From an uncultured Methanosarcinales archaeon (GTDB taxonomy: Archaea; Nanobdellota; Nanobdellia; Woesearchaeales; JAGVZT01), in NCBI GenBank assembly GCA_964419615.1, contig CAYQPU010000022.1, positions 1-28,915 on the forward strand: a stretch of DNA of 28,915 nucleotides. Direction: 5' to 3'. Made by a program: the position numbers and the translations under genes. The notes under the pieces are model-generated. The model made no database searches, was not told the DNA's origin, and was given only the letters and a program-made list of their open reading frames with translations. Shown one piece after another: positions 16,442-26,806 of this stretch; position 1 is the stretch's first letter, and every line of letters starts with the position of its first letter.

Positions 16442-16858
16442 TTAAATTTTATCTATTATACTCAAGAAAAATTCTTTGTCTTTTGTATGTGTTAAGTAAT
16501 TTGCAACTTCTTTTTTGTCCACCCATTTTGCTTCAGGATTTGTTTCATCAATTGGTTTTAATTCTAACTGCGTTGTTGTAAAGTGAAAAAAAGTTAGATT
16601 TTTCAGCTCTGGATTATCTTCATTTTTTAGACTTATTCTAAATCGTTCATATGAACCAAGCTTTCCAATCAATTCTAACTCAGTTAATCCTGTTTCTTCC
16701 AGGATTTCTCTTTTTGCTGCATCCAGATGAGATTCTCCAGGATCAACATGTCCCTTAGGTAATGACCAAGAATTATAGTTTTGATTAACAACAACAACTT
16801 GTCCTTTATTGTTTGTTATAACTCCTCCTGCACTTTCTGTTTTATTCATAACCAACAT
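16442..16858 (-). CDS. NUDIX hydrolase (Ap4A-hydrolase-like)
   Basis: SAGGVI...WSLPKGHVDPGESHLDAAKREILEETGL Nudix box; start may be 16849. Confidence 0.92.
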   Translation of the reverse strand: MLVMNKTESAGGVITNNKGQVVVVNQNYNSWSLPKGHVDPGESHLDAAKREILEETGLTELELIGKLGSYERFRISLKNEDNPELKNLTFFHFTTTQLELKPIDETNPEAKWVDKKEVANYLTHTKDKEFFLSIIDKI

Positions 16859-16903
16859 GATTTATTAGTAAGATTTAAATATTGTGATATTTTGCACAAC
16901 TCT

Positions 16904-17110
16904 ATGGCTAAGAAAAAAGTTGACTGGACTTTAACCTTGATTATGTCAATTTTCTTTGGAACCTTGGGTGTTGATAGATTCATTATGGGCCAAGTAGGTT
17001 TAGGAATTTTAAAATTACTTACGTGGGGCGGTTGTGGCATCTGGTGGCTCATTGATTTGATCTTAATTGCAACCAAGTATGAGTTTGAAGGAATTGAATG
17101 GACTAAGTAA
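16904..17110 (+). CDS. TM2 domain membrane protein
   Basis: SIFFGTLGVDRFIMGQVGLGILKLLTWGGCGIWWLIDLILI; start set at ATG 16904, ~25 nt after TTTAAATA. Confidence 0.92.
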   Translation: MAKKKVDWTLTLIMSIFFGTLGVDRFIMGQVGLGILKLLTWGGCGIWWLIDLILIATKYEFEGIEWTK

Positions 17111-17453
17111 GCTTATTTATGAAATAATAAGCTTTGGAAGTGCAAGAGGAATAGTGATTGCTATTAGTTTAAGTTTTTTATTTTTCTTGGTTACACCTAC
17201 TAATTTTTTTATATTTATGCCTGGGTTATGCATTTTTAAAAAGTTTATTTTACCATTTGTTTTTAGAGGAAATTGTCCCACAGTAGGAGTATTTGCTTTT
17301 TGTGAATGTCCTGCATGTGGCATGACAAGAGCAATGTCAAGTTTTATGCATGGTAATTTTGAATTAGCATGGGATTATAATCCATTAGTTTATATTCTAA
17401 TTCCTATTCTATTGGTTGTACTTATTATCAATATTAAAGGGATGAAAAAGTGA
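17079..17453 (+). CDS. DUF2752 family membrane protein (start uncertain)
   Basis: CPACGMTRAMSSFMHGNFELAWDYNPL; adjacent to a TM2 gene. Confidence 0.85.
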   Translation: MSLKELNGLSKLIYEIISFGSARGIVIAISLSFLFFLVTPTNFFIFMPGLCIFKKFILPFVFRGNCPTVGVFAFCECPACGMTRAMSSFMHGNFELAWDYNPLVYILIPILLVVLIINIKGMKK

Positions 17454-17911
17454 AGATTGGAACTTTGTGCTATGTTAGGAAGGGTAATAAAACTCTGATG
17501 ATCCATAGAGTTAAAAGAGATAATGACATGCACAAAGGTAAGTGGAATGGTTTAGGAGGTAAATTTAATCAGGGTGAGACTCCTGAAGAGTGCGTTATAA
17601 GAGAGGTAAAGGAAGAGAGTGGATTAAGTATTAAGAATCCCCAATTAAAAGGTTTGATTACATTTCCTGCTGCAGATTACCCACCAGAGGATTGGTATGT
17701 TTTTGTTTTTGTTGCTGATAATTTTTCTGGGAAATTGATGGATTCTGATGAGGGTGTGCTTGAGTGGATAGATAATGATAAATTATTTGACTTGAATACC
17801 TGGGAAGGAGACAAGATTTTTATGAAGTGGCTTGATAGAGATGGATTTTTTTCTTCTAAGTTTATTTATAAAAAACAAAAATTAGTAAGTTATGAAGTTG
17901 AGTTTCATTGA
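17450..17911 (+). CDS. NUDIX hydrolase, 8-oxo-dGTP diphosphatase (MutT/MTH1-like)
   Basis: TLCYV...GKWNGLGGKFNQGETPEECVIREVKEESGL...WEGDKIF. Confidence 0.92.
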   Translation: MKIGTLCYVRKGNKTLMIHRVKRDNDMHKGKWNGLGGKFNQGETPEECVIREVKEESGLSIKNPQLKGLITFPAADYPPEDWYVFVFVADNFSGKLMDSDEGVLEWIDNDKLFDLNTWEGDKIFMKWLDRDGFFSSKFIYKKQKLVSYEVEFH

Positions 17912-17914
17912 CAG

Positions 17915-18358
17915 TTAGAAAGTTAATTTTATTTTCTCATCTGTATAGAATAGGACTACTTTATCCCTAAGAGATTGTGGTAACCCAAAATACCCCTCAT
18001 TACCAACAAGGTCATCAAATCCTTCAAGTCCAATTTCCTTTGCCAACAATTCTCCCAGTTGAAAACCATAACTAGTTACACTCTGAAACAACTTATCTCT
18101 ACCATTCATAACGATTGAATTAAAGAATACCTGAGCTATTTGTTCTTCTGGAAAATCAAATCTTACGCTAATATATAAAATATCATTCCAGTAATTACCT
18201 CCCTCTTCTGCGAGAGCATTACATAAATTCTTAGCAATTGAAATCAAACCATCCTCAACAGCTTCACTTTGCTTTGTTAGTTTTAATTTACCATTCCCAT
18301 TTCTATACTTAGGAATATCATACATTTTAATAATTTCAACCATCCTATCAATTTCCAT
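17915..18358 (-). CDS. Hypothetical protein
   Basis: 147-aa ORF whose start codon shares base 18358 with the stop of the upstream gene; no family recognised. Confidence 0.7.
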   Translation of the reverse strand: MEIDRMVEIIKMYDIPKYRNGNGKLKLTKQSEAVEDGLISIAKNLCNALAEEGGNYWNDILYISVRFDFPEEQIAQVFFNSIVMNGRDKLFQSVTSYGFQLGELLAKEIGLEGFDDLVGNEGYFGLPQSLRDKVVLFYTDEKIKLTF

Positions 18359-18783
18359 TAATACACCCTAGGATTAATTGGATCTGTGTAAGGATTGGAA
18401 TCAGAGATTATTACTAATTCTTCATGATATAATGAAAGAGTAGGAAATTCGTATGTAGCATTCACCACAGCCAAGGCAAATCTTGTTACTCCAACTTCAA
18501 ACTCAAGGTATTCATCTGGAACTGTTTCTTTGTGATTGTTTTCTATATGAGTTCTAAGTTTTTGTGAGATTTCTTGAAAGAATTCAACATAACCTCTCAT
18601 AACACTAAACAGTAGATTTGGCTCTAATTCACTCATTTGTTCATAATGAACTGCCATTTTAAAGAAAAAATTCATTTTCTCAAGAGCTTTGACTTCAATT
18701 GCAGAAAAAACAGTACTTTCTTGATCTACAACACCTCTGTAATTGGAGATTATGTGATATAGATCTTGTAATTCTTGGCTCAT
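18358..18783 (-). CDS. Hypothetical helical protein
   Basis: 141-aa ORF; C-terminal SNPYTDPIN resembles the neighbour's CNPYLYPMN. Confidence 0.7.
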   Translation of the reverse strand: MSQELQDLYHIISNYRGVVDQESTVFSAIEVKALEKMNFFFKMAVHYEQMSELEPNLLFSVMRGYVEFFQEISQKLRTHIENNHKETVPDEYLEFEVGVTRFALAVVNATYEFPTLSLYHEELVIISDSNPYTDPINPRVY

Positions 18784-18839
18784 AATATTAGGTTAATTAA
18801 TTAGTTTAAAAACTTTTCGCTACTCACCAATAACAAATT

Positions 18840-19298
18840 TCAAATAATGGAAATATCACCAACAGGTTCTCTAACTCCTTCTACATTCATAGGATATAGA
18901 TAAGGATTACAGTTTGCTATGTTGACTGCTGTTTGTTTGTGCATCACTAATGCATCAAATGTTTTACTATTCTCTATTACTTTTTGAGCAAGTGTTTCAG
19001 CAGCATTTGAGTAAGCATAAGCTACATTAATGCTTGGATCTTCTGCTGAATAAGATCTCATAACTCTATTAACACTCAGAGAATATCTTTCAAATAAAGT
19101 CCCCCAAGACTCCATTACCCTCAGCTGATTAATTTGTGATGCAGAAGCAACATTTTCAAGAATACTTGTCATATTTTGAATGTTTTTAATTAGTTTACTC
19201 CCAAGTTCTTGTCTATCAATCCCTGATTTTTCCAATTCTTCCTCAATCTCATTATTTTCCATCATCAGCCAGTATATGTCTGCATATAGATCTGTCAT
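18840..19298 (-). CDS. Hypothetical helical protein
   Basis: 152-aa ORF with an upstream TTTATAAAA TATA-like element. Confidence 0.7.
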   Translation of the reverse strand: MTDLYADIYWLMMENNEIEEELEKSGIDRQELGSKLIKNIQNMTSILENVASASQINQLRVMESWGTLFERYSLSVNRVMRSYSAEDPSINVAYAYSNAAETLAQKVIENSKTFDALVMHKQTAVNIANCNPYLYPMNVEGVREPVGDISII

Positions 19299-19387
19299 AA
19301 TGCTGGGTAATCTTACTTTTTATAAAAATTTTATCACTCTAACATACTGGTTAAGATTTAAATATGGCTGTAGGTTTTGAAACTATA

Positions 19388-20050
19388 ATGAAAGATGAAT
19401 TATCATACTTAAAAAAGTTAATTAAGAAAGCAAAACAAAAAGAAATTGAGCTTGGAAAGGAGTATAAAGCAGATAACAATCTTTTGAATTATAAGTTAAG
19501 GGAAAAACAGTATTTGGTGAATTCTATTAAAAGTGAAGTCAGCAGGATTTCTAGAGTTACCAGAGATAATCGACTTGAAAAAGTAAAAACAATTGAAGAA
19601 TTAGAAATTGAAATTAAGGGTTTTACAGATATTAAGGTTGTTAATAGAAGTATTGATTTTTCTGCTGATTTAAATAGAGTTCCTGATGCAATTAAGGAAG
19701 AGATCCAAGTTGATTTAAAGGAGATGAAGGCCTGTTACAGTCATAAATTATATAGATCCGCTGTTATTTTGTGTGGTAGGGTTTTAGAGGTTGCTTTACA
19801 TAGAAAGTATTTTGAGTGCACTGGTAAAGATTTGTTAAAGTCTAGCCCAGGTATAGGTTTAGGGAAATTAATTGCTAAGTTAAAAGAGAATGATGTTAGC
19901 TTTCCCCCGGGAATTTCCCAGCAAGTTCATTTGATAAATCATATTAGAATTAATACCGTCCATAAGAAGCATAAGGTGTTTTATCCATCAAAACATCAAT
20001 CACATGCGACAATTTTATATACTTTGGATATAATTGAACAATTGTTTTAG
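19388..20050 (+). CDS. Coiled-coil plus DUF4145/HEPN-like domain protein
   Basis: CYSHKLYRSAVILCGRVLEVAL...LGKLIAKL...RINTVH (R-X4-H); ATG 19388 fits TATA spacing better than ATG 19364. Confidence 0.75.
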   Translation: MKDELSYLKKLIKKAKQKEIELGKEYKADNNLLNYKLREKQYLVNSIKSEVSRISRVTRDNRLEKVKTIEELEIEIKGFTDIKVVNRSIDFSADLNRVPDAIKEEIQVDLKEMKACYSHKLYRSAVILCGRVLEVALHRKYFECTGKDLLKSSPGIGLGKLIAKLKENDVSFPPGISQQVHLINHIRINTVHKKHKVFYPSKHQSHATILYTLDIIEQLF

Positions 20051-20074
20051 GTGTATATTCTAGTTGGATAACAA

Positions 20075-20221
20075 CTAATTTCTCATTTTTCTTTTATCAA
20101 GAGCTATGATCGCTGCTTTCCATTTCTTAATTTGTCCTGTTCTTCGAAGGGCAACTGGTTTCTTCTGCTCTTCTTCAATGGCTCTCCACAGCTTTCCTCT
20201 TTTTTCTGTATAGTCACTCAT
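20075..20221 (-). CDS. Small basic protein (48 aa), not in the ORF track
   Basis: MSDYTEKRGKLWRAIEEEQKKPVALRRTGQIKKWKAAIIALDKRKMRN*, with AGGTGA Shine-Dalgarno 5 nt upstream and a TATA-like element. Confidence 0.55.
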   Translation of the reverse strand: MSDYTEKRGKLWRAIEEEQKKPVALRRTGQIKKWKAAIIALDKRKMRN

Positions 20222-20305
20222 AAAAATCACCTTTTTGTATATAATGCATTTGAAAAGTCACTTAAATATTTCTCCGTTTTGTTTATGCTTTAAAGAAAAT
20301 ATAGG

Positions 20306-20469
20306 AGCCCCAGAAGGGATTTGAACCCTCAACCTTTTGTTTTCCCGCATGTATCGTGGTCATTACTTGTTCTTCACACCACGTAAATGGGCTTTATGCC
20401 CATTGTGTTTTTATTAAATTTTTCTTAAAAATTTACGAGGCAAATGCTCTACGTTTGAGCTACCGGGGC
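20306..20469 (-). tRNA. tRNA-Thr(CGU) with a 92-nt intron at position 37/38 (intron 20342-20433)
   Basis: Acceptor GCCCCGG/CTGGGGC, D-arm GCTC/GAGC, anticodon loop CT-CGT-A, T-arm GAGGG-TTCAAAT-CCCTT, discriminator U, no encoded CCA; BHB central helix CUCG/CGGG followed by an AA|A bulge. Confidence 0.93.
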
Positions 20470-20492
20470 AAATTTAATGAAATTATTTGTGC

Positions 20493-20651
20493 TCAATTAA
20501 GCTTAGCAATTAATTCTTCTTTTGTTTTGAATTGTTTCTGACAGTTTGAACATACAATATGTTTTTTGCCTTTTTTGTCTTTTATATATGTTCCAAGTGG
20601 TTTTTTAAGAAAGTGTTCATCTACTTTTTGTTTGCATATTTTGCATTTCAT
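20493..20651 (-). CDS. Small zinc-finger-like protein (52 aa), not in the ORF track
   Basis: MKCKICKQKVDEHFLKKPLGTYIKDKKGKKHIVCSNCQKQFKTKEELIAKLN*; two CxxC pairs; ATATATAAA ~25 nt upstream. Confidence 0.75.
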   Translation of the reverse strand: MKCKICKQKVDEHFLKKPLGTYIKDKKGKKHIVCSNCQKQFKTKEELIAKLN

Positions 20652-20881
20652 AATATATTGTACTGTTCATTGCTTTATATATTTTTCTTGAGCAAAACTT
20701 CCACCAAGTAGAATCCCCCTGAGGATTGTAACTTGTTGCGGATCTTGTCTTTTGTGCTGAGCTCTGATTCATGTGGTAGAAAAGCAAGGTAGTTAAACAG
20801 ACACGTCGGGCATATTGTCATGGTATCTGCTTAAAAAAAATAAAGAAAGTAATAAATAATTGATTCCATTTTCTATTTATT

Positions 20882-21306
20882 ATGTCAAAAACAAAACTGG
20901 AATACAATGGAGGAGTTTATGAGCATGTAACAATTAATGAAATTGCTTCGAACACAACAATTCAGTTTGTAAGGATAATTAATGTTGGTGGAATGGCTCC
21001 GGAAGAATTGTTTCCAACAATGGTTTATATGTATAGAGGAGATGATTTTGAGAATTGCAGAGACTGGTATGTCTTTGACCACAATGATCAATGCATTGCA
21101 CATTCTTGTACGGTTGTTAGAGATGGAGAAACTGTTAGTGATCCAGATGCACCAGTTGATACAGATATTTCTCATTTGTTACAAGAAAAATATTTATTAG
21201 AGGCAGCTATACAAGAATCCTATTATCAACTTGAAGGATACATGGGAGATAGCCTAAGAAATGGTTGTATTAAAAGGATTATTGATAATGCTACAGTTGA
21301 AGTGAC

Positions 21307-21313
<7 letters not shown>
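20882..21313 (+). CDS. Hypothetical acidic protein
   Basis: 143-aa ORF convergent on and overlapping the pgk stop; no family recognised. Confidence 0.65.
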
Positions 21314-23483
<2,170 letters not shown>

Positions 23484-23596
23484 TTACACCTCTCTTTTTG
23501 TATTTAAATCTAGTATTATTCTTACTTGATGTTAAAACCAAGACACTGATCATATAAATAGTTTATTGTTTTTATTATATGAGCACTTTAGAATAG

Positions 23597-24525
23597 TTAC
23601 TCTCGATAAAACTCTGCTGCTTGCTCAGGTGTTATTTGCTGAACAATCACATTGGTTGCTAATTCAAGTCCACCAAACTTAGCTATTCTTGGGAGTATTT
23701 CCATGTGAAAGTGCAGGTCATGTTGCTTTGGAGCATTGTGAATCACAAAGTTATATGATGCATTTAGTTTTGCAATTTTTGGTAATATTTTATGGAGAAC
23801 TTCAGCTAAATCTTTTAGTTGATCATCATTAAGTTCAGTTATGCTCTTGATGTGATGTTTTGGAAATATCCAAGCTTCAAAGTTAAATCTTGGAGCATAT
23901 GGACAAAAACTGATAAAAGTGTTGTTGTCAAATATTCTACGATCACTATTTTTTTCAGCTTGTATTATTTCACAGTACAAACATTTTCCACCCTTAAAGC
24001 TTGCTTTTAATTCTTGCATAACAAATGGAGGATCAATGTTCATTGCTGCAACTTGTGTGTGAGAGTGTACTAAAGATGTACCAGCATTTATGCCATGATT
24101 TTTGAAAACAGAGACATATTTATTTTTTTGCGATAATTCTTTTGTTCTTGCAACATAAACTTTGAGAACACTTTTGATTTCTTCGACAGTAAAATCATGT
24201 AATTGTTTGTTATGGTCATTTGTTTCTACAATCACTTCATGCTCTCCAAATGCTTTGCCATGTGTGTAGTATTTGTTGTGAGTATCAATATCTTTTGTTC
24301 CTTTTTTAAAAATCCGAATTTATTTTGAAACCACCTTATCTTCCACTGCCCATTTTCTTCAATTCTACCAATTTCAGGTGGGGTTTGATCTTCTTTTCCT
24401 TGACAAAAAGGACATTCTTTATCATTTATTTCTGGCTTTGCTTGCTTAAAGTTCATAGGTCTTTTTTCTCTATGTGGAGCAATTATTGACCATCTATCTA
24501 GAATGTAATCTTTTCTTATTTCCAT
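23597..24525 (-). CDS. galT: Galactose-1-phosphate uridylyltransferase (GalT) family protein, split by a -1 frameshift near 24301-24312
   Basis: N-part EIRKD...RP...CPFC...RWFQNKF; the -1 frame continues KGTKDIDTHNKYYTHGKAFGEHEVIVET and carries the active site AGTSLVHSHTQ. Confidence 0.88.
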
Positions 24526-26306
24526 ACTTTTTCAACTGCAAGGTTGTGAGCTCTTAGGTAATTATCAACCATTTTGTTCCAGTCTGCCAGTGCTGCAAGT
24601 TTCTTGGCTTGAATTTTATTTTCGATTCTTTCTTGCTGAGTTAACTGGGAGTAATTATGCATTATGCCTGTCAATTCATTTACAACATCCTCGTCAGCTC
24701 TACCATGCCGTTTAAGCACATATACTCCGGGATACTGAGTGACAGCTGTCTCAGTTTGAACATATCTTCCAAACCCAGCACAGTCTGTTGTCACTGATGC
24801 AACGCCCAAAGCTCCTGCTTCTAATGGTGTGTATCCCCAAGGTTCATAATATGATGGGAAAACTCCAAGATGTGATCCAGCCATGCATTCATAGTAACTT
24901 AAATCAAGTAGTCTATCTGCTCCAGTTAAATAGATTGGATAAAATATTACCTTAACTTTGTCTCGACTGCTATTTTTCAGACCATGTGCATTTAGATTAT
25001 ATATGATTGCATCGTGTTCTTCATCATGCAGATTATGTGTACTTAATGGTGGGTTTTCCTTTTTCTTTAATGAGAATTTCATAACTTTTCTCTTCAAATC
25101 TCTCATTAATTCTTCTCCAAAAAGGAATTTGTCAGTTGGTCTGATTTCAGATACTAATGAATAAATTAGTCTTTGGTTTATTTCTTTAATTGAATCACTA
25201 ATGCTTCCCTTAATATCTGTAAACAAAGTTTTGTTTTCTAGTAAAACAGATTTTATTCCTCTGACATTTCCAGGGACCCAGATAAATGCAACAACTGTTT
25301 TCTTACTTTTATCTTTTATTAGCTGTTCATTTAGCTTTGATAATGCTTTAATAAAAATGTCAATTCCTTTATCATGATACTCATATCTACCTGCTAGAAA
25401 GTAAATCACTGTGTTGTCCAAATCGAACTTGTAATGCGGGAAGAAATAATACATTAAAAATTCCTTGATTTTTTCTTTGTAAAGCCTATGTTTGATTGTA
25501 CTTTCTTCTAGAGTTGGGAATTTTTCAATATCTAATCCATTTAATAAAAGGACATCAGGCTTTCGTCCAAGTAAAGCTTCTGCTTCAAGTCCAGTAACTT
25601 CACTAACAGTTGTGAATACATCCACATGTTTTGCACATTGTGTTTCCATTTGATGTTTGTCAATGATTCCCATTTCTCGTGCTTTTTGCTCTGGATCAAT
25701 TTTGTCCATTAATTCGTATAGGTCTTGGTTTGATCCAGTGATTGTTCGTCCAAGCATTGTTGCATGAGTTGTGAACACAGTTCCAACTTTTATTTTTCTT
25801 GATTTTAAATAAAGTAAAGCTGTGCCACTTAACCATTCGTGACATTGGACAACAAGGTTTTTTCGTCCAAATTTGGCAATTTCTTCAATTAATCTACCAA
25901 CTGCATATGACCAAGTAACTGGCTCATCAAAGCTATTTGGTGAGTGCAGTGAATCAATTTGATAATTATCCCAAAGTTCCTTTTTAATTCTATCCTTGTT
26001 TCCCAAGTACCCAAGAAAGTCAACAAGAATTGTTTTTGGTTCACCTGGAACCATCCATTCACCATAATGACATATTATTCCTTCATCTTTAAGTTTACTA
26101 AAAATTGCCCTCAGGTGTTCTGGTGCCACCATCTCTTGGAATTCCCCTGCTGCCTTATCATTAAAGTAAGGTCCAATAACATAATAATTATCATTATAGT
26201 GACTCATAATAGGGTTTATTTTTGATTTTACTACAGTATAAATGCCCCCTACTTTATTACATACTTCCCAAGATACCTCAAATAAGAAATCTGCTTCTGC
26301 CTTCAT
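24516..26306 (-). CDS. Glycogen synthase, GT3 family
   Basis: FEVSWEVCNKVGGIYTV, FTTHATMLGR, AGRYEYHDKGID, PSYYEPWGYTPLEA. Confidence 0.95.
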   Translation of the reverse strand: MKAEADFLFEVSWEVCNKVGGIYTVVKSKINPIMSHYNDNYYVIGPYFNDKAAGEFQEMVAPEHLRAIFSKLKDEGIICHYGEWMVPGEPKTILVDFLGYLGNKDRIKKELWDNYQIDSLHSPNSFDEPVTWSYAVGRLIEEIAKFGRKNLVVQCHEWLSGTALLYLKSRKIKVGTVFTTHATMLGRTITGSNQDLYELMDKIDPEQKAREMGIIDKHQMETQCAKHVDVFTTVSEVTGLEAEALLGRKPDVLLLNGLDIEKFPTLEESTIKHRLYKEKIKEFLMYYFFPHYKFDLDNTVIYFLAGRYEYHDKGIDIFIKALSKLNEQLIKDKSKKTVVAFIWVPGNVRGIKSVLLENKTLFTDIKGSISDSIKEINQRLIYSLVSEIRPTDKFLFGEELMRDLKRKVMKFSLKKKENPPLSTHNLHDEEHDAIIYNLNAHGLKNSSRDKVKVIFYPIYLTGADRLLDLSYYECMAGSHLGVFPSYYEPWGYTPLEAGALGVASVTTDCAGFGRYVQTETAVTQYPGVYVLKRHGRADEDVVNELTGIMHNYSQLTQQERIENKIQAKKLAALADWNKMVDNYLRAHNLAVEKVWK

Positions 26307-26424
26307 TAAGTAAAATTTTGTTTGTCAGTATATAAACTTTTTATACTACTCTTGAGGGTAAGCATTAAAATTAAGGCTTTTTTCCAAAACTTTTTTAAAC
26401 ATTATTCACAATGAATGGCTAATA

Positions 26425-26748
26425 ATGGCAGAAGAAGAAGGGAATGATACTGTTTTACTTGGAGATGTGATTGAACTTTCTGGTTTTAGGAAAGTTGATA
26501 GAGACACACAAATTGTTTTAAAAAAGATTATTGGGAATTATGCTAGGCAGTTTTCAGATGCATCAAAAACCTTTGAAAAATTGACTTTACATATGAAAGA
26601 GATTCACAAAACTGAGAAATCGGAAAAATATGAACTTCATGGAAAGGTCTTTGACAATGGAAAGCAATATAATTCAGAGTTAACAGATAGAAATTTGTTT
26701 GTTGGTATTGATGCTTTGTTTAAGAAGATTAAAGCTATGATGAAATAG
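26425..26748 (+). CDS. Small protein with a probable HPF/RaiA (ribosome hibernation factor)-like fold
   Basis: IELSGF...KIIGNYARQF...LTLHMK...KYELHGKVFDNGKQYNSELTDRNLFVGIDALFKKIK matches the beta-alpha-beta-beta-beta-alpha pattern ending in DLY.AID. Confidence 0.5.
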   Translation: MAEEEGNDTVLLGDVIELSGFRKVDRDTQIVLKKIIGNYARQFSDASKTFEKLTLHMKEIHKTEKSEKYELHGKVFDNGKQYNSELTDRNLFVGIDALFKKIKAMMK

Positions 26749-26806
26749 ATCGGTTTCTTGCTTCTTAAAGTAAAACTTATATACTGAATATAATTACAGT
26801 TTCAAA

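Noticed and set aside
16781-16903. Extended N-terminus of the TM2 ORF
   Set aside because: Overlaps the antisense NUDIX gene; TATA spacing supports ATG 16904
17915-20306. Genomic island integrated at the tRNA-Thr 3' end
   Set aside because: No integrase, and no duplicated tRNA 3' end (att site) seen in the window
20356-20541. 61-aa plus-strand ORF across the tRNA and its intron
   Set aside because: Antisense to the tRNA and the zinc-finger gene; not an intron-encoded ORF
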